Below are positions 19,338 to 28,479 of a stretch of DNA of 64,000 nt, one piece after another. The position numbers and the translations under genes were made by a program. This DNA is from Bacillota bacterium (lineage in GTDB: Bacteria; Bacillota; Clostridia; Christensenellales; SZUA-584), in NCBI GenBank assembly GCA_023410595.1, contig JAEYPO010000001.1:192051-256050 (forward strand), read 5' to 3'. Numbering within the stretch: position 1 is the stretch's first letter; every line of letters begins with the position of its first letter. A model generated the notes under the pieces. It saw nothing but the letters and a program-made list of their open reading frames with translations, did not search any database and was not told where the DNA came from.

Positions 19338-20459
19338 ATGGCAAGAGTTGAACTGAAAAACTTAAAGAAAGTGTTTGACAAGAATGTTGTTGCAGTGGAC
19401 GACTTTAACCTTGTCGTCGAGGACAAGGAATTCGTCGTACTGGTCGGCCCGTCGGGTTGCGGCAAATCGACTACGCTGCGGATGGTCGCAGGGCTCGAGG
19501 AGATCACGGAAGGGGAACTGTATATCGACGACAAGATAGTAAACGACGTTCCTCCAAAAGACAGGGACATCGCTATGGTGTTCCAGAACTACGCCCTGTA
19601 TCCGCATATGACGGCATACGAGAACATGGCGTTCGCGCTTAAGCTCAGAAAGGAAAAAAAGCAGGTTATCGACAAAAAGGTCAAGCAGACCGCGGAGATA
19701 CTCGGCATTACCGATCTGCTTAAACGCAGGCCGAAAGCGCTCTCCGGAGGACAGCGGCAGCGCGTTGCCATAGGCCGCGCGATAGTTCGCGAGCCCAAAG
19801 TGTTCTTAATGGACGAGCCGTTATCCAACCTGGATGCAAAGCTCAGGAACCAGATGCGCGCAGAGATCATAAAGCTGCATGACAGTGTAAACACTACGTT
19901 TATATATGTTACGCACGACCAAACGGAAGCCATGACGCTGGGGGACAGGATCGTTGTAATGAAAGACGGCTATATCCAACAGATCGGCACGCCGCAGGAA
20001 GTGTTCAACAATCCCATTAACGAGTTCGTCGCCGGGTTTATCGGCACGCCGCAGATGAATTTCTTTGACGGCGAACTTGCCGTTTCAAACGGCGAATATA
20101 TTGTTAACGTCGCGGGTGTGAGCATTAAGTTGCCCGAAGACAAGCAGAGCGTTTTAAAGAAAAAGGCCCAAGGCGGATGCAAGGTGTCCGTAGGTGTGCG
20201 GCCGGAACACATACTCGTATCCGATACAGACAGCAAAGGCACAATAAAGGCAAAGATAGACGTATGTGAGATGATGGGAAGCGAGACCCACCTGCATGTC
20301 GTCGTGGATGAAAAGGATATTATCGTACGCGTTCAGAATATTGATATGAACAAAAATATTTTGCACGGCCAGGGCAAACGCGGCGATATATGGCTTACTA
20401 TACCGAACACGCTAATGTACATATTCGATAACGAGACAAAGCAGAACCTGTTTGCTTAA
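19338..20459 (+). CDS. Sugar ABC transporter ATP-binding protein (MsmK/MalK/UgpC type)
   Basis: Walker A GPSGCGKST, signature LSGGQRQRV, Walker B VFLMDEPLSNLD, and a C-terminal TOBE/MalK regulatory domain. Confidence 0.9.
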   Translation: MARVELKNLKKVFDKNVVAVDDFNLVVEDKEFVVLVGPSGCGKSTTLRMVAGLEEITEGELYIDDKIVNDVPPKDRDIAMVFQNYALYPHMTAYENMAFALKLRKEKKQVIDKKVKQTAEILGITDLLKRRPKALSGGQRQRVAIGRAIVREPKVFLMDEPLSNLDAKLRNQMRAEIIKLHDSVNTTFIYVTHDQTEAMTLGDRIVVMKDGYIQQIGTPQEVFNNPINEFVAGFIGTPQMNFFDGELAVSNGEYIVNVAGVSIKLPEDKQSVLKKKAQGGCKVSVGVRPEHILVSDTDSKGTIKAKIDVCEMMGSETHLHVVVDEKDIIVRVQNIDMNKNILHGQGKRGDIWLTIPNTLMYIFDNETKQNLFA

Positions 20460-20890
20460 GCTCATGATATCATTAGCTTTGATCCCAATATCGCTTTAAA
20501 CGCGATGCGTTTGGGAAACGGTGAAGCCCCGTATGACCGCCCGGAAACCTGAGGGTTAAGGGATGTACTGCGGGGCTTTTTGGTTTTTCGTTGTTTCCGA
20601 AAAGCATCAAACAGAAAACGTTTTTGCAGTATTAAGTGTAGAAACGAGCGCAACGAAAAAGCAACTAATTTTGCTTATATAAACAGGGATATTATACATG
20701 CCTCATAGGTTAAATAATTGGTATTAGAAAAGGGGCAGAATATATACGCCCGGCGGGCATATACTTTAATTGGCCAGCAAGCAATACCGATACTACAGCA
20801 ATAAAACACATCGCAATATTAACCGTAAATTTTTTTGGCGGGTGTGTTCAGCGCACCCGCGCACTACCAATATTAAAGGAGGTAAAGGGT

Positions 20891-22366
20891 ATGAACAAAG
20901 TAATCGACGACAGGTACGGACTTTTCATCAATAACGAATGGGTTGAAGGCCAAAAGGGCAAGACGTTTGAATGCTTCAATCCGGCCAGCGGCGAGCGCCT
21001 TGCCACATGCGTGGACGCAACAAAGCAGGACGTGGACATTGCGGTGGACGCAGCGTGGAAGGCTTTTGAAAGCTGGAAGAAGGTGAGCCCGCAGGAACGC
21101 ATGACAATACTGCTGAAGATTGCGGATTTGATCGACGCAAATGCCGAGAAGTTAGCCATGGCGGAGACGCTCGACAACGGCAAGCCTATACGCGAGACAA
21201 CGGCTATAGACGTGCCGCTCGCTTCAGATCACTTCCGCTATTTCGCAGGCGCGGTGCGCACCGAGGAAGGGCAGGCGGTGATGATAGACGACAATACTCT
21301 GAGCATCATATTGAGGGAACCTATAGGCGTGGTGGGACAGATCGTCCCGTGGAACTTCCCGTTCCTGATGGCGGCGTGGAAGATAGCGCCCGCGCTTGCC
21401 GCCGGCGACTGCGTCGTCATAAAGCCGTCTTCCGTAACGTCGCTCAGTACGCTTGAGTTCGCAAAGCTGCTTAAGCAGGTATTGCCGCCGGGCGTCGTCA
21501 ACGTGATAACGGGCCGCGGCTCGGTAAGCGGCAACGCGATGCTGGAACACGAGGGCTTTCGCAAGCTCGCGTTTACGGGCTCGACTGAGATAGGCTATAC
21601 TGTGGCCGAAGCCGCCGCGAAGAAGATAATTCCCGCGACGCTGGAGCTGGGCGGCAAGTCCGCAAACATCTACTTCCCCGACGCGCCTTGGGAGAAGGCC
21701 ATAGAGGGGCTGCAGATCGGTATACTGTTCAATCAGGGCCAGGTATGCTGCGCGGGCTCGCGTGCGTTCGTGCATGAGGACATTTACGATAAGTTCCTGG
21801 AAGCGGCCGTGGCGGCATTTGAAAATGTGAAGGTCGGCCTGCCGTGGGAGAATGATACCATGATGGGCTCGCAGATCAACGAGGCGCAGGTCAAGAAGAT
21901 ACTCGGGTATGTCGACATAGGCAAAAAGGAAGGCGCGCGCGTGGCAACGGGTGGAAGCCGCGCAACGGAGGGCGAGCTTGGCAAGGGCTGCTTTGTAAAG
22001 CCGACGATACTTGCCGACGTTACAAACGACATGACGGTAGCGCGCGAGGAGATATTCGGACCGGTGGTCTGCGTCATACCGTTCAGGAGCGAGGAAGAGG
22101 TAATACGCATGGCCAACGACAACGAGTACGGCCTGGGCGGTGCGGTCTGGACCAAGGACATCAACCGCGCGTTTCGTGTGGCGCGCGGCGTTGAAACGGG
22201 CCGCGTGTGGGTCAACAACTACAACAACCTGCCTGCGCATTCGCCTTTCGGCGGCTACAAGAAATCAGGCATAGGGCGTGAAACGCACAAGATGATACTC
22301 GAGCACTACACGCAGAAAAAGAACATTTTCATAAGCCTCACGGAGGGCAAAGTAGGATTGTACTGA
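20891..22366 (+). CDS. NAD(P)-dependent aldehyde dehydrogenase
   Basis: ALDH family motifs ELGGKSANIYF and FNQGQVCCAGSR (catalytic Cys), and PFGGYKKSGIGRE. RBS AAAGGAGG. Confidence 0.9.
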   Translation: MNKVIDDRYGLFINNEWVEGQKGKTFECFNPASGERLATCVDATKQDVDIAVDAAWKAFESWKKVSPQERMTILLKIADLIDANAEKLAMAETLDNGKPIRETTAIDVPLASDHFRYFAGAVRTEEGQAVMIDDNTLSIILREPIGVVGQIVPWNFPFLMAAWKIAPALAAGDCVVIKPSSVTSLSTLEFAKLLKQVLPPGVVNVITGRGSVSGNAMLEHEGFRKLAFTGSTEIGYTVAEAAAKKIIPATLELGGKSANIYFPDAPWEKAIEGLQIGILFNQGQVCCAGSRAFVHEDIYDKFLEAAVAAFENVKVGLPWENDTMMGSQINEAQVKKILGYVDIGKKEGARVATGGSRATEGELGKGCFVKPTILADVTNDMTVAREEIFGPVVCVIPFRSEEEVIRMANDNEYGLGGAVWTKDINRAFRVARGVETGRVWVNNYNNLPAHSPFGGYKKSGIGRETHKMILEHYTQKKNIFISLTEGKVGLY

Positions 22367-22472
22367 TAAGAACGCAGCAGGGGAGGACATCACCTCAACT
22401 AATATAACCAGTGAATCTACACCGGCAAACCTCACGACTTGTCGTCCGCCGCTAAGCGACGAGGGGACCCAC

Positions 22473-22509
22473 AAGCGGGGCATCGCAAAATGATACCCCG
22501 CTTATTTTT
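22473..22509 (+). terminator. Rho-independent terminator after the aldehyde dehydrogenase gene
   Basis: AAGCGGGG-N16-CCCCGCTT followed by ATTTTT. Confidence 0.7.
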
Positions 22510-22636
22510 CTCCCATGCTGTATATGAATACTGTTTACAGCGGGTGGGCGCCCACAAATTAAAGTAATAGTTGCAATAATTTATGTAATATTATATTATA
22601 CATCTACCTTAAGCAGCATTGTTGTGCAGGGAAAAT

Positions 22637-22987
22637 ATGCCATCACTTAGAAAAACAGGAAAAGAGAGGAAGAGCAAAGTGTCACAATTCAGGATAACCG
22701 TACTGAAAGTTAACGGCGACAGCGAACTGGCCGAAGAATATTGCCTGCACGGCGCTAAAGCCGCCCCATGCACGGCATTTAAACAAGGTCAGGTATTTAT
22801 CACCGAAAATCTCGACCAGCCAAAGGATTTCTGTACTTGGGCATGGGATGACATATTCAAATATATTACTTTACTCCACTGTGGAGGCAGCATGAGCGAC
22901 CATATGAAATACAAAGATATTGTCATTGCTTGCTGCACCGACGGTATCCGGCCTGTCGTATTTAAAATAGAAAAAATAAAAAGCTAG
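22637..22987 (+). CDS. TIGR04076 family protein
   Basis: FRITVLKVNGDSELAEEYC...CTAFKQGQVFI...DFCTWAWDDIFKYITLLHCGG...IACCTDGIRPVVFKIEKI matches my recollection of the TIGR04076 pattern. The start is ambiguous: ATG 22637 or GTG 22679. Confidence 0.65.
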   Translation: MPSLRKTGKERKSKVSQFRITVLKVNGDSELAEEYCLHGAKAAPCTAFKQGQVFITENLDQPKDFCTWAWDDIFKYITLLHCGGSMSDHMKYKDIVIACCTDGIRPVVFKIEKIKS

Positions 22988-23093
22988 CGTTTCATATCCC
23001 TGATGGGAATAAGGGTTTGGGTCTGCTTATCGTTGCATATCGTTTATATTGTGGTATGACGCCGCGGATAACAAAAAGATAACATATCTGATA

Positions 23094-23894
23094 TTAGTAC
23101 TTCTTCATATCAATCAGATTGACATTTGGGTTCGAATACCTTTTCTTCCCCAAAGTCCGCTCGGCCTGTATCGCCTGTATGGGGCAGGAGTGTATACAGG
23201 CAAGGCAGCACTCACAACGATTATCAAACGTAGGCTTGCCGCCGGACAATGTAATGTTATTAACAGGGCAGAGCTCGGCACATTTGCTACAGCCCGTACA
23301 GGAACTGCTCACAGTGAATTTTTTTGCTGTTTTGTACCATTGCTGCGATTCCTTCCGGCTGATGTTCTTTATTATATTCCCGAACATTATATCGGTCACT
23401 GTTAACCTGGCCCGTTTCACCTTGTCACACAGCACGTCCTGAGCGATGTCTGCGACGCGCTGCTTAGAGTTTTCCAGATGGGTTTTAATGATTTTCTCAG
23501 ATGGTACTTTGGAAAATAATATATAGTTTTCAGGCATATACACATACGCAATGTAGTTTAGTTTCACCCCGGCTTTCTTGAAAAGTTGCTGCACTCGACG
23601 ATCTGCACCCAACGCGAACGCTCCTTTTGTCAATACGGCAAAATAAAATGTGTTTTCATTGAATGGCATGGATTGAAGAAATCTATTTACGATGTTAGGC
23701 ATCGTGAAACCGTATACGGGAAACACAAACCCGACGCGCTTGTACTGGGTTAATACCGTGGGATCTCGCATGGTGGCGATGTTGTACAAGCTTGCGCCAC
23801 CCAGCGCTTGCGATAGTCTTTGGGCAATATCAAAGGAGTTGCCTGTACCGGAAAAAAAGCAAATTGCAATCTTGTTGTTTTCGCTCATTTTCAT
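23094..23894 (-). CDS. EFR1-family flavodoxin-like protein fused to a 2x[4Fe-4S] ferredoxin domain
   Basis: N-terminal flavodoxin-like IAICFFSGTGNSFDIAQRL. The C-terminus has CTGCSKCAELCP and CECCLACIHSCP cluster motifs. ATG 23894 or 23888; the longer track ORF would overlap the upstream gene. Confidence 0.8.
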   Translation of the reverse strand: MKMSENNKIAICFFSGTGNSFDIAQRLSQALGGASLYNIATMRDPTVLTQYKRVGFVFPVYGFTMPNIVNRFLQSMPFNENTFYFAVLTKGAFALGADRRVQQLFKKAGVKLNYIAYVYMPENYILFSKVPSEKIIKTHLENSKQRVADIAQDVLCDKVKRARLTVTDIMFGNIIKNISRKESQQWYKTAKKFTVSSSCTGCSKCAELCPVNNITLSGGKPTFDNRCECCLACIHSCPIQAIQAERTLGKKRYSNPNVNLIDMKKY

Positions 23895-23919
23895 ATCTCT
23901 TATCCTTTTTTTATTTGTT

Positions 23920-24357
23920 TTATTTCTCATGAATTGCGACAGCCTCTTCGAGATAACGTATGGCACGCTCTATTTCCTCCGCGTTCACCGCGAAGCCGCC
24001 ATCAGTTCCTTTATTCTGTAGCGCAATAAAACTATCGGGGTCTATACCAGAGACGCTTTGTGTCAGGGCGATCCATTCTCCAGCGAGCTCTTGCGCGGTA
24101 GGTTCTTCCGTACCAACGCCCGCATGGTACAAAGCGAGCGTTGCAAGCGTGATTTCTTTCCATCGCCGATAAAACCTTTGCGCCGCATCCAAATCTGGGA
24201 AGTACCGTGAAAACACATCGATTTCCTCATCAGAAAGCGCCTCGGGTGCTTTTTCCCAAATGTCATCGCTGGGCAACACTCGAAGTGCTTGCAGTAAAAG
24301 ATGTGGGGACGGTTCTCTTCCGGCATCTATAACGCAAGCCCGCCTTTCCGAATTCAA
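23920..24357 (-). CDS. Hypothetical protein with a TipAS-like (MerR effector) C-terminal domain and no HTH
   Basis: The pattern GVGTEEPTAQELAGEWIALTQSVSGIDPDSFIAL resembles the TipAS antibiotic-recognition domain. Only a TTG start is available and there is no DNA-binding domain upstream. Confidence 0.4.
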   Translation of the reverse strand: MNSERRACVIDAGREPSPHLLLQALRVLPSDDIWEKAPEALSDEEIDVFSRYFPDLDAAQRFYRRWKEITLATLALYHAGVGTEEPTAQELAGEWIALTQSVSGIDPDSFIALQNKGTDGGFAVNAEEIERAIRYLEEAVAIHEK

Positions 24358-24605
24358 GTTGGGCGATATAATATTGATGAAGGTCGCTATTGTATAAAAA
24401 AAAACAGAATACTGAAAAGACTTTCACAGTCCGTAACCATATAATAAGAACAACCCATAATTGGACAAACGTGTTCTGTTGGAGCCTGCCGTCGGCAACG
24501 GGCTATGTTATCGTCGCTTTTTAGAGCTTGTACGTGAATGTTTTGTTTGTCTGAATAAAGAAGGGCGAACATGAAAACAGGTTATATAAGGAGAAGCAAA
24601 AGAAG

Positions 24606-25073
24606 ATGAAGAAGGGAAAGATACTCAATAGCGGGCTGAGCAGCCTGATAGGGAATGTGGCGCACGGAGACCTGGTCATAATCAGCGACGCGGGGCTGGC
24701 GGTGCCAAAGGGGACGGAGCGGATAGATCTGGCGATCGAGAGGAATATGCCGAACATATGCCATATTCTGAAGCTGCTCCAAGAGGAGCTAATAGTTGAG
24801 AAGGTGCAGATCACAAACGAATGCAAGGTCAATAACCGCCCGCATTACGACGATGTCCGAGCGATATATGAAAACGAAGACGTTATTTTCGAGGATATAG
24901 ACCACTCACTGCTGATCTCCAAGCTGGTGTATAAAGCGAAAGCGGTTGTGCGGACAGGATCGTTCTGTCCCTACGGCAACGTCGTCATATACCCGGGGAT
25001 CGACGCGCCAAAATGGTTTGAGCGCGAAGGTCTGACGGTTCCGCCCTGTTATCAGAGCAGGGTCAAGAAATAG
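24606..25073 (+). CDS. rbsD: D-ribose pyranase / RbsD-FucU family mutarotase
   Basis: MKKGKILNSGLSSLIGNVAHGDLVIISDAGLAVPKGTERIDLA aligns closely with my recollection of the E. coli RbsD N-terminus ([34 protein letters not shown]...RIDMA). Confidence 0.75.
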   Translation: MKKGKILNSGLSSLIGNVAHGDLVIISDAGLAVPKGTERIDLAIERNMPNICHILKLLQEELIVEKVQITNECKVNNRPHYDDVRAIYENEDVIFEDIDHSLLISKLVYKAKAVVRTGSFCPYGNVVIYPGIDAPKWFEREGLTVPPCYQSRVKK

Positions 25074-25107
25074 CGGTTTTACAGGGATAAAAAGGAGGGG
25101 GAAACCT

Positions 25108-26310
25108 ATGAGGAATTTCACATTTTTGAGCCCGACGCGCCTGGTAGTTGGAAAAGGGAGGGCGCTGGAGGCCGGCCGGTGGATAAAGGAATACGGCGGA
25201 ACGAAGGTGCTCGTTCATCACGATAGCCAATATGTCAAGCAAAGCGGCCTAATAGACAAGATCAAGAAATCCATAACAGACGCGGGGCTGGAGGTCGTCG
25301 AACTGGGAGGCGTCGTTCCGAACCCGCGGCTCTCCAAGATATATGAGGGTATAGAGCTGTGCCGTAGGGAGGGCGTCGATTTTCTGTTGGCGGTCGGTGG
25401 CGGCAGTGTCATAGACTCGACAAAGGGGATAGCGATGGGCATTCCCTATGAGGGAGACGTTTGGGATTTTTATCTAGAGGAGAATGGGCAGTGGAAGAAG
25501 GTCCCTGAGAAAAGCACGCCGCTCGGGGTTGTGCTGACGCTGCCGGCTTCGGGGAGCGAAACGTCGAACAGCTCCGTCGTCACGAAGGAAGACGAGAATC
25601 TGAAACGGTTCTGCGACAACGATTTGAACCGCGCGAGATTTGCCATCGAAGACCCGATGATAACCATGTCCCTGCCTAAATTCCAAACAGCCTGCGGGAT
25701 ATTGGACATCATGAGCCATTCATTTGAGCGGTATTTTACGCTTGACGAGGGAAACGAGCTGACCGATCGGCTTTGTGAGGCGATATTCCATACCTGTATG
25801 AACTGCGCGAGAGTCCTGATGGACGATCCGAACGATTACGATGCTCGGGCGAACGTGATGGTCGCTGGGACGCTATCGCACAACGGCTTGACCGGCATGG
25901 GCCGGCAGGACGATTGGGCGGCGCATTTCATAGAGCACGAGCTTTCCGGCGAATACGACGTGACCCATGGCGCGGGGCTGGCTGTGATCATTCCGGCATG
26001 GATGAAATACGTCTATCCGGAGAAGCCGGAGATATTCATAAAATGGGCGACGAGAGTGATGGGCTGCGAATATGATTACGACAAGCCGGGGCGCACCATT
26101 CTGGAGGCGATCCGCAAGCTCGAAGATTTCCTGCATCATCTAGGGCTCGGCACGAGGCTTTCGGAGCTGCCGGGGCTGCCGGAGGTGACGGAGGAAGCGA
26201 TGTATAAGATGGCGCGGCGCGTCCGCAAAAACAACGACGCGGGCGGAATCGGCTGGTTCAAGAAGCTGACGGTCGAGGATCATGTCAATATCCTCAAGCT
26301 GGCGAAATAA
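25108..26310 (+). CDS. Iron-containing (group III) alcohol dehydrogenase
   Basis: Fe-ADH motifs GGGSVIDSTKG, LPASGSE, and His-rich metal-site segments (DIMSHSFE, THGAGLAV). RBS AAAGGAGGGGG. Confidence 0.9.
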   Translation: MRNFTFLSPTRLVVGKGRALEAGRWIKEYGGTKVLVHHDSQYVKQSGLIDKIKKSITDAGLEVVELGGVVPNPRLSKIYEGIELCRREGVDFLLAVGGGSVIDSTKGIAMGIPYEGDVWDFYLEENGQWKKVPEKSTPLGVVLTLPASGSETSNSSVVTKEDENLKRFCDNDLNRARFAIEDPMITMSLPKFQTACGILDIMSHSFERYFTLDEGNELTDRLCEAIFHTCMNCARVLMDDPNDYDARANVMVAGTLSHNGLTGMGRQDDWAAHFIEHELSGEYDVTHGAGLAVIIPAWMKYVYPEKPEIFIKWATRVMGCEYDYDKPGRTILEAIRKLEDFLHHLGLGTRLSELPGLPEVTEEAMYKMARRVRKNNDAGGIGWFKKLTVEDHVNILKLAK

Positions 26311-26321
26311 GGGGGAGCATC

Positions 26322-27401
26322 ATGGCAAAAACAGTACAAAAGATGAGGGCGCTGGTGGCTTTTGCGAAAGGGGACTACCGGCTGGAGGAAGCCTATCCCG
26401 TGCCGAAGCTGAAGGAAGGCGAGGTGCTGATAAAGGTCGAGGCGTGTGGCGTTTGCGCGAGCGACGTCAAAAATCTGCATGGAGCGGAAGGCTACTGGGG
26501 GGACGGCGCGAGCGAGCCGTGGGTCAAAACGCCGTTCATTCCGGGGCATGAGTTCATCGGGCAGGTGGTGGAGCTGGCGGACGGCTACGATGGCGACGTC
26601 AAGCTGGGAGACCGTGTGACGGGCGAGCAGATCGTCCCATGCGGGGAGTGTATGTTCTGCAAGACGGGCAAATACTGGATGTGCGACAAGGCGGATATAT
26701 TCGGCTTCCGCGAGAATGTGAACGGAGCGATGGCGGAATACATGGTACTACCGAAGAATACGCACATATATCAGATCCCCAAGGATTTGGCGCTGGACAA
26801 GGCCGTTCTGGTGGAACCGTATTCCTGCGCGAAGCACGCTGTAGACCGTGCGAACATCTCGAACACCGACGTGGTGGTGCTGTCTGGAGTGGGCACGCTG
26901 GGGCTGGCGATGGTGAATTACGCCCGAATGAGGAGTCCGAAGCTGCTGATCGCGGTGGATATGAAGGAAGATCGGTTGAAGCTGGCGCGGAAGTTCGGAG
27001 CGGATATGGTGATGAACCCGGCGAAATGCAACGTCGCCGAGGAGGTCAAGAAGTTGACAAACGGGTATGGTTGCGATATATATATCGAAGCGACGGGGCA
27101 TCCCTCGAGCGTGCAGCAGGGGCTGGACGCTATTCGCAAGCTGGGCAGGTTCATCGAGTTCAGCGTTTTCGGGCAGAAAGTCAGCGTAGACTGGTCTGTG
27201 ATAGGCGACGGTAAGGAGCTTGACATACTGGGCTCGCATCTGGGGCCGTATTGCTTCGACGTGGTGACCGGCTGGATCGCGGACGGGACCATCCACACCG
27301 AGGGCGTGGTCACGCACCATTACGCATTGGATCAATGGCAGCATGCCTTTGAGCAAAACGCCAAGGGAGACGGTTCCCTCAAGGTGGTCATTCAGCCGTG
27401 A
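26322..27401 (+). CDS. Zinc-dependent medium-chain dehydrogenase (polyol/threonine dehydrogenase-like)
   Basis: Catalytic Zn site CGVCASD...GHEFIG, structural Zn cysteines CGECMFCKTGKYWMC, and Rossmann motif VLSGVGTLG. Confidence 0.9.
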   Translation: MAKTVQKMRALVAFAKGDYRLEEAYPVPKLKEGEVLIKVEACGVCASDVKNLHGAEGYWGDGASEPWVKTPFIPGHEFIGQVVELADGYDGDVKLGDRVTGEQIVPCGECMFCKTGKYWMCDKADIFGFRENVNGAMAEYMVLPKNTHIYQIPKDLALDKAVLVEPYSCAKHAVDRANISNTDVVVLSGVGTLGLAMVNYARMRSPKLLIAVDMKEDRLKLARKFGADMVMNPAKCNVAEEVKKLTNGYGCDIYIEATGHPSSVQQGLDAIRKLGRFIEFSVFGQKVSVDWSVIGDGKELDILGSHLGPYCFDVVTGWIADGTIHTEGVVTHHYALDQWQHAFEQNAKGDGSLKVVIQP

Positions 27402-27460
27402 ACGACGGGAAAGTGTTGTGACGGTGAACTCAAAAAAGTGATCTTAACATTCAGAAGTGT

Positions 27461-27487
27461 GGCGTGCGGAAGCACGCCTTGCTTTTT
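27461..27487 (+). terminator. Rho-independent terminator after the Zn-ADH gene
   Basis: GGCGTGC-GGAA-GCACGCC followed by TTGCTTTTTG. Confidence 0.7.
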
Positions 27488-27999
27488 GCTGCTTTCTGAT
27501 AAGCAATAAGCCAAGCCGGACAAATAACATTAAAAAATAACAAATATGTGAAAAGACATTCGGGGGATTAATTTATATAATATGCCACACGGATTAAATA
27601 ATGCTTTGTTCCTTTGATAGGGCAATGGTTCTCGCATTGTGCAAGCAGACAATGCGACATATCCAATATATTAAGTCTCAGAGCGGGCGCAATGGTACCA
27701 GCGAAAAAGTATTTTATCGGTGACACAGGTCGAAAGCGTCAAGAGATTTGAGAGAGGGTGATATAGACAGCGAGAGCTGAACGGCAAAGCATATCAGAAA
27801 AACGTTTTACCAAAAATGGGGTCATGCTGAAAGAAAACAACTAGGTTATTGGGCGAATCAGCGGTAAGGTTGAGAGAGCGGGCGAAGAGCGCCCAGAGGC
27901 TGCGAAATTAGCGCCGTCTTCGTCGCGCGAGGGCCTTTATGGACAATATCGTCATTCCAACAAAAAACATAGAACCATAACAAAAGGAGGAAGAAGCTA

Positions 28000-28401
28000 A
28001 TGGCGGAAGTATTGGGGCTGGCGCACATCGGCATATATGTGGCCGACGTGGAGCGTTCGAAGAAGTTTTACAAGGATATTCTGGGGCTCGAATGCATAGA
28101 ACAATGCACGTTCGACGCGGACGGCAACACGTTCACCTGCGCGTTTGTGAAGAAGGGGAGCGTGTGCCTGGAGCTGGTGCAGCGCAGAATCGGCGAAATT
28201 CTTGGAGACGGCATGACGGACCATGTCTCATACGCGGTGGACGATATAGATGCGATCCGCAAAGAGCTGGAGGCCAAGGGCGTCGAGTTCGAGACGGAGG
28301 AACAGGTGTATTGCAAGGAAATGTTCGCGCCCAGGGGAACGAAATGGGTGTTTTTCCGCGGGCCGGACAACGAGCACATCGAGTTGGCGCAGGTACTGTA
28401 G
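28000..28401 (+). CDS. VOC family protein (glyoxalase/bleomycin resistance/dioxygenase fold)
   Basis: 133 aa. GLAHIGIYVADVERSKKFYKDILGLE and HVSYAVDDIDAIRKELEAKGVEF are typical of the paired beta-alpha-beta-beta-beta modules. RBS AAAGGAGG. Confidence 0.8.
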   Translation: MAEVLGLAHIGIYVADVERSKKFYKDILGLECIEQCTFDADGNTFTCAFVKKGSVCLELVQRRIGEILGDGMTDHVSYAVDDIDAIRKELEAKGVEFETEEQVYCKEMFAPRGTKWVFFRGPDNEHIELAQVL

Positions 28402-28479
28402 CGGCGCGCGGGCGCTGGAAAACAGGCGGAACCGCTCGAGCTTGAACGGCTCCGCATTATGATATTATCGGAGGTAAGT

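Noticed and set aside
27690-27712. T-box-like string GGGCGCAATGGTACCAGCG (compare the T-box core GGGTGGTACCGCG)
   Set aside because: It lies ~290 nt upstream of the ATG with no terminator/antiterminator pair after it and no recognisable Stem I/specifier architecture. The downstream genes are not amino-acid related.
27737-27800. SAM-I-like words (CAAGAGA...GAGAGGGTGA...CGGCAAAGC)
   Set aside because: There is no GGTGCTAA/ATGAG closing elements or four-way junction pairing, and the gene context (VOC, sugar kinase) is unrelated to sulfur metabolism.
27841-27900. Loose resemblance to a ykkC/guanidine-type leader (CTAGG...GGT..GAGAG...GGGCGAAGAGCGCCCAGAGG)
   Set aside because: The conserved ACGR and GGGA positions and the helix spacing I recall are not reproduced. 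The resemblance is at the level of short purine-rich words only, and it needs cmscan before any claim.
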